Assembly: GCA_905215475.1 (NCBI GenBank)
Contig: CAJMPW010000001.1
Coordinates: forward strand, 111,109 to 175,108
Direction: 5' to 3'
DNA: 64,000 nucleotides
Source: an uncultured bacterium
Lineage (GTDB): Bacteria > Bacillota > Clostridia > Oscillospirales > Oscillospiraceae
Position numbers and translations under genes: made by a program. Shown piece by piece: positions 14,933-24,241 of this stretch. The notes under the pieces are model-generated. The model was given only the letters and a program-made list of their open reading frames with translations, had not been told where the DNA came from and searched no databases. Within the stretch, counting starts at the first letter, position 1. Each line of letters opens with the position of its first letter.

Positions 14933-16420
14933 ATGGGCACTGCTTCGAGCGGTGAATGGATTGCCATTCTGCTTTACTTTGCGCTGGTCATCGGCGTCGG
15001 TGTGTATTTCTTCTTCCGGGATCGCAAGGTAGAGGGTGAAAAAGAGTATTTCCTCGGTGGCCGCAGCATGGGCGGCTGGGTCGCGGCGCTGTCTGCCGGT
15101 GCGTCGGATATGAGCGCGTGGGTGCTCATGGGTCTGCCCGGCTCGATCTATCTGTACGGCATCGGCAAGGTGTGGATCGCCGTCGGTCTGGTCATCGGCA
15201 CGATCTGCGCGTGGGTGTTTGTCGCGCCGCGTCTGCGCCGGTATTCCATCCGCGCGAACGATTCGATCACGATTCCGCAGTTTCTCACCAATCGCTTCCA
15301 GTCGAAAAACAAGGGCCTGCAGATCATCTCGGCGATCGTGTTCGTCGTGGTCTACTGCATTTACAGCGCCTCGAGCATCTCGGCCTGCGGCACGCTGTTC
15401 AACACCGTCACGGGCATGAGCGCCAAGACGGCCATGATCATCGCCACGGCCATCATCCTCGTGTACGTGTTTCTCGGCGGCTTCAACGCCGTGTGCTGGA
15501 CGGACTTTTTCCAGGGTATGCTCATGCTTGCCGCGCTCATGCTCACGCCGATCCTTGCGCTGTTCGCCATGAAAGGTGCAGACTTTGTCGCGCCGATCAT
15601 GGCCGTGCCGGAAAACTACTTTAACCCCCTCTCCGGCGGCGGCTTCAACTGGAAGAGTATGTCGGATATCCTCTCCGGTCTCGGCTGGGGTCTGGGCTAC
15701 TTCGGCATGCCGCACATCCTTGTGCGCTATCTGTCCATCAAGTCCGAGCATGAGATGCGCAAGAGCCAGATCATCGGCTGCAGTTGGATCGTGCTCATTC
15801 TGGCCATGTCCGCGGTCGTCGGTCTGATCGGCCGTCAGTTCCTCGGCGAGATCGACAACGAGAACCTCGTCTTTGTGCACATGGTGCGCCGCCTGTTCCC
15901 GGCGTTCATCTCCGGCGTGCTCCTCTCGGCCATTCTGGCCGCGGCCATGAGCACGGCCGACTCTCAGCTGCTCGCGAGCAGCAGCGCCTTCGCCTCCGAT
16001 ATCTATAAGCCGGTCATCCGCAAGGATGCCACCGACCATGAGATGCAGTGGGCGGGCCGTGTCATCGTCATGCTCATCTCCGTCGTTGCGTTCTTCATCG
16101 CTGCCAGCCCGAACTGCGGCGGCATCATGGCGCTCGTCGAGTGCGCATGGGCGGGCTTCGGCTCTGCATTCGGTCCGGTTATCCTGCTCTCGCTCTACTG
16201 GCGCCGCCTGACGTACTCCGGCGCGATCGCGGGCGTGTGCGTTGGCTTCGTGGTCGACGCCGTGTGGTATGCGTTCCTGTCCTCGAGCACCGGCCTGTAT
16301 GAGATCATCCCCGGCTTCCTGTGCGGTCTGATCGCGGCGGTCATCGTGTCGCTGTGCAGCAAGGCTCCGTCGAAGGAGGTCACGGATCTGTTCGACCGCG
16401 CCTTCGAACCCACGGACTGA
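14933..16420 (+). CDS. putP: Sodium:solute symporter family transporter (proline-type, PutP-like)
   Basis: MGTASSGEWIAILLYFALVIGVGVYFFFRDRKVEG..EYFLGGRSMG...; 13 or more TM helices. Start at the ATG at 14933 (alternative 14915). Confidence 0.85.
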   Translation: MGTASSGEWIAILLYFALVIGVGVYFFFRDRKVEGEKEYFLGGRSMGGWVAALSAGASDMSAWVLMGLPGSIYLYGIGKVWIAVGLVIGTICAWVFVAPRLRRYSIRANDSITIPQFLTNRFQSKNKGLQIISAIVFVVVYCIYSASSISACGTLFNTVTGMSAKTAMIIATAIILVYVFLGGFNAVCWTDFFQGMLMLAALMLTPILALFAMKGADFVAPIMAVPENYFNPLSGGGFNWKSMSDILSGLGWGLGYFGMPHILVRYLSIKSEHEMRKSQIIGCSWIVLILAMSAVVGLIGRQFLGEIDNENLVFVHMVRRLFPAFISGVLLSAILAAAMSTADSQLLASSSAFASDIYKPVIRKDATDHEMQWAGRVIVMLISVVAFFIAASPNCGGIMALVECAWAGFGSAFGPVILLSLYWRRLTYSGAIAGVCVGFVVDAVWYAFLSSSTGLYEIIPGFLCGLIAAVIVSLCSKAPSKEVTDLFDRAFEPTD

Positions 16421-16435
16421 ACAAAGTGTGCGTAT

Positions 16436-16468
16436 AAAAATCGTCCCTCGTCAGAGGGACGATTTTTT
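16436..16468 (+). terminator. Rho-independent terminator after putP
   Basis: tcgtccctc-gtca-gagggacga + tttttt. Confidence 0.75.
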
Positions 16469-16499
16469 CACATTTTCTGCAAAATATCCCGCGCGGCGC

Positions 16500-16528
16500 T
16501 TGACAGCGGGGCAGGGAGTCTGTATCAT
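16500..16528 (+). promoter_or_regulatory. Sigma-A promoter (TTGACA-17-TATCAT) for the marR-ABC operon
   Basis: ttgaca at 16500-16505, tatcat at 16523-16528. Confidence 0.5.
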
Positions 16529-16603
16529 CGAATGGTAATAGGGAACGGTGTTAGTCAAAAATGCCGCCTGTCCGGTACTGCCGGGGAAACGGAGCGATAT
16601 CCT

Positions 16604-17059
16604 ATGGATTTTTTTGAACAGATCGCGCGCGAGCAGGTGCGCGCCATGATCCTCAACAACGCGCGTCGCGAGGATCTCAGTCAGGTGTTTTCGCAGGGCG
16701 AGATGCGTCTGCTCGGCTGCCTGCACGCCGGGGCGGACGGCCGCACGGCGGGGGAGCTGAGCACGCTGCTCGAGCTGAGCACGGCGCGCATCGCGGCCAT
16801 GCTCAATAATCTTGAGCGCAAGGGTGCGATCACCCGCGCCCGTGACGAGGTGGACCGCCGCCGCGTCGTCGTGCACCTGACCGCACAGGGACGTGAGGAG
16901 GTGCAGACGTCGTATGACGCCGCGGTCGTGTGCCTTGCGGAGGTGTACCGCCGCATGGGTGAGGACGACACGCGCACGCTGCTGCGCCTGAGTGAGCGCG
17001 CGGGCGAGATCGCCCAGCAGATCTATGAGGAGCGGAAGGGGGACGCGCCATGCGGGTGA
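16604..17059 (+). CDS. MarR-family transcriptional regulator
   Basis: MDFFEQIAREQVRAMI... winged HTH (GELSTLLELSTARIAAMLNNLERKGAITRARD..DRRRVVVHLT). Overlaps the start of the downstream ABC gene. Confidence 0.8.
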   Translation: MDFFEQIAREQVRAMILNNARREDLSQVFSQGEMRLLGCLHAGADGRTAGELSTLLELSTARIAAMLNNLERKGAITRARDEVDRRRVVVHLTAQGREEVQTSYDAAVVCLAEVYRRMGEDDTRTLLRLSERAGEIAQQIYEERKGDAPCG

Positions 17060-19173
17060 TGAAATACCTGCGCGGGCACATCCCGTCCGTGGTGCTGATC
17101 GTGCTGCTGCTCGTGGCACAGTCGTTTTGCGAGCTGTCGCTGCCGGCGTACACGAGCCGCATCGTGGACACCGGCATTCAGGGCGGCGGCATCGAATCGG
17201 CCACGCCGCTCGCGCTCACGGATAAGACCATGGACGGCGTGCGCCTGTTTTTGTCCGACGAGGACGCGCAGACGGTCAGCGCCGCCTACACATATGATAA
17301 CGGCGTCTGGACGCTGAATGATACGGCGCAGCAGCCGGAGCTGGAGTCTGTTTTCATCCGGCCGCTGGTCATGTATGCGCGCCTGTCGGAGCAGGGGGCG
17401 AACACCGTGCTCGCCCTGCGCAAGCAGATGCAGGGCGGACTCATCTCGCGCGAGCAGATCCTTGCGCGCGGTGAAGCCGCGCTCGACGGCATGGGCGTGC
17501 TCACGGACGGCGTCCTGCGCAGCGCAGCCGTGCAGTTTCTCAAGACGGAGTACGCCGTTGCGGGGCTGAATGTCGACCACATCCGCACGAGCTATCTGCT
17601 GCGCACCGGCGGGCGGATGCTCCTGCTCACGCTCGGCATGATCGCGGCGGCGGTGCTCTGCAGCTATGTCGGCGCGAAGATGTCGGCCGCCATCGGGCGC
17701 GACCTGCGCGCGCGGGTGTTCCGGAAGGTACTCTCGTTCTCCTCCGCCGAGATGGACAAGTTCTCCACGGCTTCGCTCATCACGCGCAGCACCAACGATG
17801 TCACGCAGATCCAGGCGGTGTGCGTGATGCTCGTGCGCATCGTGCTCTATGCGCCGATCATCGGTCTCGGCGGTGTCGTCATGGTCGCGCGCACAAAGAC
17901 CGGGCTCGGCTGGGTCATCGCGCTGGCTGTCGCGGCGATGCTGCTGCTCGTGGGCGTGCTGATGAAGGTCGCCATGCCGCAGTTTCGCGCCATGCAGCAG
18001 CGTGTGGACGATGTCAACCTCGTCAGCCGCGAGGTCCTGACCGGTCTGCCGGTCATCCGCGCCTTCCACCGCGAGCAGCATGAGCAGGTGCGCTTCGACA
18101 CCGCGAGCGCCGCGCTCATGAACACGCAGCTGTTCGTCAACCGCACCATGGCGTTCATGGGACCGGTCATGACGCTCATCATGTACGGCGTCACGGTCAT
18201 GATCGAGTGGTTCGGCGCCAAGAGCATCAACGCCGGTCATATGCAGATCGGCGACATGATCGCCTTTTCGACCTACGCGTCGATGATCATCATGGCCTTT
18301 ATGATGATCACGATCGTCGCGGTGATGCTGCCGCGTGCGGAGGTCTCGGCGGCGCGCGTGGATGAGATCCTGCGCACGCGCCCGAGCGTGCGCGCCCCGC
18401 GCAGTGCCGAGCCCGCACCCACGGACGCCACCGTCACGTTCGAGCACGTGTCGTTTCGCTATCCCGGCGCGGAGGACGATGTGCTGCATGACGTGAGCTT
18501 CACGGCGCGCCCCGGTCAGGTCACGGCCATTGTCGGCTCGACCGGCTGCGGCAAGTCAACGCTTTTGAACCTCATCCCGCGCTTTTACGATGCGACCGGC
18601 GGCACGGTCAGCATCGGCGGCGTGGATGTGCGCCGGATGCAGCCGGCGGAGCTGCGCGCCATGCTCGGCTATGTGCCGCAAAAGGGCGTGCTCTTCACGG
18701 GCGATATCCTCTCAAACCTCGAATTCGCCGGCGATGTCTCGGAGGCGGACGCCATCCGCGCCGCCGCCACCGCGCAGGCTGAGGATTTCATCTGGTCGCG
18801 GCCGCAGCATTTCCTCACGCCGGTGGCGCAGGGCGGGTCGAACGTCTCCGGCGGACAGCGGCAGCGCCTGTCGATCGCGCGCGCCATCGCCAAGCACCCG
18901 CAGGTGTATCTGTTTGACGACAGCTTTTCCGCGCTCGACTATCAGACCGACGCCGCGCTGCGGCAGGCCCTGGCCAAGCAGACGCACGACGCGACGGTGC
19001 TCATCGTGGCGCAGCGCCTGAGCACGATCCTGCACGCGGATCAGATCCTCGTGCTCGACGGCGGGCGCATCGTCGGCTGCGGCACACACAGCGATCTGCT
19101 GCGCAGCTGTGAAACCTACCGCGAGATCGCGCTCAGCCAGCTCAGCGCCGCGGAACTCGGACAGGAGGGCTGA
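17050..19173 (+). CDS. ABC exporter subunit (TMD-NBD fusion) with a ~150-aa extracytoplasmic insertion between TM1 and TM2
   Basis: Walker A GSTGCGKST, signature LSGGQRQRLSIARA, Walker B VYLFDDSFSALD; six TM helices. Confidence 0.85.
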   Translation: MRVMKYLRGHIPSVVLIVLLLVAQSFCELSLPAYTSRIVDTGIQGGGIESATPLALTDKTMDGVRLFLSDEDAQTVSAAYTYDNGVWTLNDTAQQPELESVFIRPLVMYARLSEQGANTVLALRKQMQGGLISREQILARGEAALDGMGVLTDGVLRSAAVQFLKTEYAVAGLNVDHIRTSYLLRTGGRMLLLTLGMIAAAVLCSYVGAKMSAAIGRDLRARVFRKVLSFSSAEMDKFSTASLITRSTNDVTQIQAVCVMLVRIVLYAPIIGLGGVVMVARTKTGLGWVIALAVAAMLLLVGVLMKVAMPQFRAMQQRVDDVNLVSREVLTGLPVIRAFHREQHEQVRFDTASAALMNTQLFVNRTMAFMGPVMTLIMYGVTVMIEWFGAKSINAGHMQIGDMIAFSTYASMIIMAFMMITIVAVMLPRAEVSAARVDEILRTRPSVRAPRSAEPAPTDATVTFEHVSFRYPGAEDDVLHDVSFTARPGQVTAIVGSTGCGKSTLLNLIPRFYDATGGTVSIGGVDVRRMQPAELRAMLGYVPQKGVLFTGDILSNLEFAGDVSEADAIRAAATAQAEDFIWSRPQHFLTPVAQGGSNVSGGQRQRLSIARAIAKHPQVYLFDDSFSALDYQTDAALRQALAKQTHDATVLIVAQRLSTILHADQILVLDGGRIVGCGTHSDLLRSCETYREIALSQLSAAELGQEG

Positions 19174-19175
19174 CG

Positions 19176-20990
19176 ATGGCGGGACACAGACACGGACCGG
19201 GCCGCATCCCGGAAAAACCGAAAAATTTCAAGGGCACGCTCCGAAAGCTCCTGCACTGCCTCGGGGAGCATCGCTTCGCGCTGGCGCTGGTGCTCGTGCT
19301 CGCGCTGGCGAGCACGGCGTTCGGCATCGTCGGACCGAAGATCCTCTCGACGGCGACGACGGAGCTGGCCACCGGTCTCGGGCGCAAGCTCTCGGGGCTC
19401 GGCGGCATCGACTTCGGCAAGATCGGAAAGATCCTGCTGACGGTGCTCGCGCTCTACCTTGTCAGCGCCGCGTGCAGCTTCTTCCAGTCGTGGATCCTTG
19501 CGGGCGTCACGCAGAAGCTCGCCTACCGTCTGCGCGGGGAGATCAGCGCGAAGATCCACCGGATGCCCATGCGCTACTTTGAGCGCGGCACCGTCGGCGA
19601 CGTGCTCTCGCGCATCACGAACGATGTGGACACCATGTCCTCCGGCATGGCGCAGTCGGTCACGCAGCTGGTCACGAACGTCACGCTGCTCATCGGCGTG
19701 CTGGTTATGATGCTGCGCATCAGCTGGCTCATGACGCTCATCGCGCTCATCGTCCTGCCGGTCACGGGCGTGCTCACGAGCCGCATCGTCAAGCGCAGCC
19801 AGCGCTATTTCGTCGCGCAGCAGAAAAATCTCGGCGCGATCAACGGCAAGGTCGAGGAGACGTATGCCGGGCACAGCGTCGTGTGCGCGTTCAACCGCGA
19901 GGCGGCGACGCAAAAGGAGTTTGACGCCATCAACGCGCGGCTCTACCGCTCGGCGTGGAAGAGTCAGTTCTTGTCCGGGCTCATGATGCCGGTGACGACG
20001 TTTGTCAGCAAGCTCGGCTACGTATGCGTGGTCGTGCTCGGCGGGTCGCTCGCCGCGCACGGCACGATCACGATCGGCGACATTCAGGCGTTCATCAGCT
20101 ATATGGCAAGCTTTACGCAGCCGATCACGCAGCTGGCCCAGATCAGCACGCAGCTGCAGACCATGGCGGCCGCGGCCGAGCGCGTGTTCGACTTCCTTGC
20201 CGAGGCGGAGGAGCCCGCCGATCCCGCGCTGCCCGCCCCGGCGGAGCATATCCGCGGCGACGTGTCGTTCCGCCACGTGCGCTTCGGCTATGATCCCGAG
20301 CAGCCGGTCATCCGCGACTGGAGCTGCGACGTGCCCGCCGGCAGAACGGTCGCCATCGTCGGCCCGACCGGCGCCGGCAAGACCACGATGGTCAAGCTGC
20401 TCATGCGCTTTTACGATGTGGATGCCGGCGCGATCCTCGTCGATGGGCGCGACGTGCGCGATTATGCGCGCGGCGACCTGCGCCGCGCCTTCGGCATGGT
20501 GCTGCAGGACACGTGGCTGTTTAAGGGCACGATCCTGGAAAACATCCGCTACGGCCGCCCGGACGCGACCGATGCTGAGGTCATCGCGGCGGCCAAGGCC
20601 GCGCGCGCTGATGCCTTCATCCGCACGCTGCCCGGCGGCTATCAGATGGAGCTCAACGAGGACGCGACGAACGTCTCGCAGGGACAAAAGCAGCTGCTGA
20701 CCATTGCGCGCGCCGTGCTGGCGAACGCCCCCATCCTCATCCTCGACGAGGCGACGAGCTCGGTCGACACCCGCACCGAGCAGCTCATTCAGGAGGCGAT
20801 GGATCACCTCATGCGCGGGCGCACGAGCTTTGTCATCGCGCACCGCCTGAGCACCATCCGCAATGCCGACTGCATTCTGGTCATGCGCGGCGGCAGCATC
20901 GTCGAGCAGGGCACGCACGCGGAGCTGCTCGCGCGCGGCGGGGTTTACGCGGCGCTCTACAACAGTCAGTTTGAGGACGTGGTCGCATAA
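19176..20990 (+). CDS. ABC exporter subunit (TMD-NBD fusion), partner of the preceding gene (heterodimeric exporter)
   Basis: Walker A GPTGAGKTT, signature VSQGQKQLLTIARA, Walker B ILILDEATSSVD. Confidence 0.9.
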   Translation: MAGHRHGPGRIPEKPKNFKGTLRKLLHCLGEHRFALALVLVLALASTAFGIVGPKILSTATTELATGLGRKLSGLGGIDFGKIGKILLTVLALYLVSAACSFFQSWILAGVTQKLAYRLRGEISAKIHRMPMRYFERGTVGDVLSRITNDVDTMSSGMAQSVTQLVTNVTLLIGVLVMMLRISWLMTLIALIVLPVTGVLTSRIVKRSQRYFVAQQKNLGAINGKVEETYAGHSVVCAFNREAATQKEFDAINARLYRSAWKSQFLSGLMMPVTTFVSKLGYVCVVVLGGSLAAHGTITIGDIQAFISYMASFTQPITQLAQISTQLQTMAAAAERVFDFLAEAEEPADPALPAPAEHIRGDVSFRHVRFGYDPEQPVIRDWSCDVPAGRTVAIVGPTGAGKTTMVKLLMRFYDVDAGAILVDGRDVRDYARGDLRRAFGMVLQDTWLFKGTILENIRYGRPDATDAEVIAAAKAARADAFIRTLPGGYQMELNEDATNVSQGQKQLLTIARAVLANAPILILDEATSSVDTRTEQLIQEAMDHLMRGRTSFVIAHRLSTIRNADCILVMRGGSIVEQGTHAELLARGGVYAALYNSQFEDVVA

Positions 20991-20994
20991 GGTG

Positions 20995-21360
20995 AGACCG
21001 CAAAACCGATGTTATGACAACCAAAACTGTGCAGAAGCACCTGCTCCTGCACGGTTTTCTTTATTGCACCTGTAAATTATGTAAACAAAAACCGTGGAAA
21101 ACTGTGTTATGGTAACTACTTTATGGTAACAGAACGTGCGTAAAAGCACTTGAAACACAAGCAAAAGCTATTCAGAACTATGCGCTTATGTAAACCGAAT
21201 TATGTGAATGACAGCGGAATTCACGTTTTCACATGATTGTGATATTATGAAAACTATATTATGACAACCGACACATGAGAAAAACGATTGCTGTTTCAGA
21301 AAAAGCAAGAATCAGCATACGAATTATGTCAATGCAGTTATGTGAACAAAATGCGCAAAA
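20995..21360. repeat. AT-rich intergenic island with ten direct copies of a TTATGNNAAC motif (iteron-like array)
   Basis: TTATG occurrences at about 21012, 21077, 21107, 21121, 21186, 21200, 21245, 21259, 21325 and 21338, each followed by NNAA(C/T). Four tandem pairs 13-14 bp apart. Base composition is conspicuously AT-rich against the high-GC flanks. Confidence 0.6.
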
Positions 21361-21361
21361 G

Positions 21362-21395
21362 AAAGCCCCGCGCGATCGATTCGCGCGGGGCTGAA
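21362..21395 (-). terminator. Rho-independent terminator of pyk (10-bp GC stem, minus-strand U-tract)
   Basis: gccccgcgcg-atcgatt-cgcgcggggc; on the minus strand followed by uuucuuuugcgcauuuu. Confidence 0.8.
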
Positions 21396-21469
21396 GATGT
21401 TTGCTCGTTTGTGGGACTGCGTCTGCGGGTCATGCGCCGGGGTGCGCGCTGACAGGCGCGCCGGCGGCC

Positions 21470-22882
21470 TTATGCGTACTCGACCTTGATGGTGTTCGTG
21501 TTGCCGCTGCGTCCGTTGATGATGCCGCCGGTGATGATGACCTTGTCGCCCTTTTCGAGCGGCATGACGGCACGGCTGACCTGCAGCGCGTGGTAAAACA
21601 GCACGTCGGTGCTCTCGTACACCTCGCTCATGACGGGCGTGATGCCCCACGAGAGGGCGAGCTTGCGGTAGGCGCGCTCGTTCGTGGTCAGACCGATGAT
21701 GTCCGTCGGGCCGCGGAAGCGCGAGATCAGCCGCGCGGTGCGCCCCGTGATGGAACAGACGGTGATGACCTTCGCGCCGATGTCGATGGCCATGCCGCAG
21801 GTGGCGTGGCTGATGGCGTCGAGCGTGTCGTGGATCTCAAACTGCGTCTTGGGGAAACGCTTGGCGTAGTTGATGTGCGACTCGGTGTATTCGGCGATGC
21901 GCGCCATGGCGCTCAGCGCCTCGACAGGGTGTTCGCCGGCCGCCGTCTCGCCGGAGAGCATGATGGCGCTCGTGCCGTCATAGACGGCGTTGGCCACGTC
22001 CGCGATCTCGGCACGGGTGGGGCGGATGTTGTGCGTCATGCTCTCGAGCATCTCGGTCGCGGTGATGACGCGCTTGCCGAGCAGACGGCACTTGCCGATG
22101 AGCTCCTTCTGGATGCTCGGCAGCTCCTCATACGGCACCTCGACGCCCATGTCGCCGCGGGCGATCATGATGCCGGTGCACTCGGTGAAGATCTCCTCGA
22201 TGTTGTCGATGCCGGGCTGGTTCTCGATCTTGGCGATGACGGTGATGTCCTCGCCGCCGTTGGCGCGCAGGAAGGTGTTGAGGTCGACCAGGTCCTGCTT
22301 GCGCGACACGAAGGACGCGGCCACGAAGTCAACGTCGTTCTCGATGCCGAAGAGCAGGTCGCTCTTGTCCTGCTCGCTCAGGAAGTCCTGCTTGAGCACC
22401 TTGTTCGGGAAGCTCATGCTCTTGCGGTCGGACAGCACGCCGCCGGCGGTGACGCGGCAGATGACATCGGTGTCGGTCGTGTCGGTGACGGTCAGGGCGA
22501 TGAGTCCATCGTTGACGAGCACGGTGTCGCCCGGCTCAAGATCCTTGGCGAGACCGGGGTAGCTCACGGATACGCGCTCATTGCTGCCGACGACCGGCTG
22601 GGTCGTGAAGGTGAAGGTGTCGCCGGTGTCCAGCGTGATCTTGCCGCCTTCGAATGTGCCGATGCGGTACTCGGGCCCTTTCGTGTCGAGCATGATGGCG
22701 ATGGGCAGATTGAGCTCGGCGCGCAGCTTTTTGATGAGGTCGATGCGGCGCTGGTGCTCGTCGTGTGTGCCGTGGGAAAAGTTCAGGCGCGCGACGTTCA
22801 TGCCCGCGAGCATCATGGCGCGCAGGGTCGGCTCGTTGTCGCAGGCGGGGCCGATGGTGCAGACGATTTTCGTTTTTCTCAT
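21470..22882 (-). CDS. pyk: Pyruvate kinase
   Basis: MRKTKIVCTIGPA...MLDTKGPEYRIG...MIARGDMGVEVP...; 470 aa, no PEP-utilizer extension. Confidence 0.95.
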   Translation of the reverse strand: MRKTKIVCTIGPACDNEPTLRAMMLAGMNVARLNFSHGTHDEHQRRIDLIKKLRAELNLPIAIMLDTKGPEYRIGTFEGGKITLDTGDTFTFTTQPVVGSNERVSVSYPGLAKDLEPGDTVLVNDGLIALTVTDTTDTDVICRVTAGGVLSDRKSMSFPNKVLKQDFLSEQDKSDLLFGIENDVDFVAASFVSRKQDLVDLNTFLRANGGEDITVIAKIENQPGIDNIEEIFTECTGIMIARGDMGVEVPYEELPSIQKELIGKCRLLGKRVITATEMLESMTHNIRPTRAEIADVANAVYDGTSAIMLSGETAAGEHPVEALSAMARIAEYTESHINYAKRFPKTQFEIHDTLDAISHATCGMAIDIGAKVITVCSITGRTARLISRFRGPTDIIGLTTNERAYRKLALSWGITPVMSEVYESTDVLFYHALQVSRAVMPLEKGDKVIITGGIINGRSGNTNTIKVEYA

Positions 22883-22911
22883 ATCAGACTCCCTCTCTCC
22901 GGACGGATGGA

Positions 22912-23967
22912 TTACTTTTTCTTCTTGCCGAACCAGCGGCGCTCTTTGCGCTCGGTTTTTTCGGGCTCGTCGACGTTGATGTTCCGGGCGGCCTCGGAAA
23001 TGGCGTCGGCGTCAAAGTTCAGGCCGAGCTCGTTGGCTGCGGCGCGCATCTGGTCGATGAACTCCGTCTGCGCCTGCAGCGTCTGGAGCATTTCACGCGT
23101 GAGCGCAAGACCGCTGCCGACGCCGGGGTCGATGATGATGCCGGTGTCATTCGAGGAGAGCACAAGGGACGTGTAGTCCTTCACGCCGAGCTCGACGCTG
23201 CCCATGTTGCGCCACTGGATGAGACGCGCGCGGTCGGTGAACGCGCAGAAGAACGTGCGTCCGTCGTTCGTGCGCACCTTGCCGAACTGCAGGTGCTGCT
23301 GCCCGTCGTTTGCGGCGGCTGCGCTGTCGGGACGCTGGGCGGGGAAGTAGAGCGGCGCTGCGGCCAGCGTCGCGGTCAGGCGCTGATAATTCTCCTGCGA
23401 GTTGTTGATCTTGCACGCATCGAGCGCGTCGCGCAGCTCGTCGGACAGTGCCGCGCGCATGGCCTGCTCGGGCGTGCGCTCGTTGAGCACGATCTGGAAA
23501 TCCGGGTAGGTGACGCGCAGCATATCCAGCGCCGTGCTCAGCCCCTGCACGTCCTCGTCAGGCGTGTCGTTTGCGGCCACGACGAACAGGCGCGGGTGAT
23601 GCGTGGCGCTGCGCTCGACGATGCCGGACATATAGAGCTCCTCAAGCTTCGTCTGGATGCACAGGGCGACACAGTTGGGGTGCTCGCTCGTGGCGCCGAC
23701 GGCCATGGCATAGGTCTCGTCACTGTCCGGTGCGGGCACCTGCGCGACCTCGAGGATGTGCGGGCGGCCGAGCGCATAGGCGGCCTCGGCCTTGTGCTGC
23801 TCGCGCTCTTCGTCGGTCATGGCGTCGATGTTGGCGGGCTCGGTGTAGGCGTTGGCGGCCAGCAGCTCGGCGATGGCCTTGCGCCGGATGTCCTGAATGC
23901 CGAGCAGCTGGATGGCGCGCGTGCGGTCGGCTGCGACATGGTCGTACAGATCATTAAAGTTACTCAT
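22912..23967 (-). CDS. SseB-family protein (uncharacterised N-terminal domain plus SseB-like C-terminal half), co-oriented immediately upstream of pyk
   Basis: C-terminal ...GRTFFCAFTDRARLIQW...GIIIDPGVGSGLALTREML... plus a basic tail KTERKERRWFGKKKK. Start at the second ATG (23967). Confidence 0.55.
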   Translation of the reverse strand: MSNFNDLYDHVAADRTRAIQLLGIQDIRRKAIAELLAANAYTEPANIDAMTDEEREQHKAEAAYALGRPHILEVAQVPAPDSDETYAMAVGATSEHPNCVALCIQTKLEELYMSGIVERSATHHPRLFVVAANDTPDEDVQGLSTALDMLRVTYPDFQIVLNERTPEQAMRAALSDELRDALDACKINNSQENYQRLTATLAAAPLYFPAQRPDSAAAANDGQQHLQFGKVRTNDGRTFFCAFTDRARLIQWRNMGSVELGVKDYTSLVLSSNDTGIIIDPGVGSGLALTREMLQTLQAQTEFIDQMRAAANELGLNFDADAISEAARNINVDEPEKTERKERRWFGKKKK

Positions 23968-24137
23968 ATATTTCCCTTCCCGGGGCATGGACTGCCCCCT
24001 TGATTTTCATTGCCGTTATTATAACACACCCTTCGGAAAATGGAAAGTGTCGATTCGCGGCGGCAGGCGGCGGCAGATTGCACAAACATTTCCACACGGG
24101 ACGGAAAAATTTCTTGCCGCGATTTGCCGGTTTCTCT

Positions 24138-24165
24138 TTGCAAGCGGCAAAAATGTTGGTATAAT
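24138..24165 (+). promoter_or_regulatory. Sigma-A promoter (TTGCAA-16-TGgTATAAT) for prs
   Basis: ttgcaa at 24138-24143, tataat at 24160-24165. Confidence 0.5.
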
Positions 24166-24241
24166 GATTTCGTATGAAAATATGGATATTTGCGCCTGTG
24201 CGCAGGACGCGGAATTTTTCAAAAAGAGAGGTAGTTACGAA

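Noticed and set aside
16451-17119. 222-aa minus-strand ORF overlapping marR
   Set aside because: marR on the plus strand has a clear winged-HTH and a promoter/RBS; the minus ORF has neither.
21070-21215. Possible chromosomal dif (XerCD) site because TTATGTAAAC matches the XerD arm of Firmicute dif
   Set aside because: No adjacent XerC arm plus 6-bp spacer (xxTxxCxATAA-TATATA) could be found next to any copy. The motif occurs as ten direct repeats, which fits iterons or a binding array rather than a single 28-bp dif.
21401-23176. 591-aa plus-strand ORF over pyk
   Set aside because: It is antisense to pyruvate kinase and its translation is non-protein-like (poly-Ala/Gly/Asp/Val).
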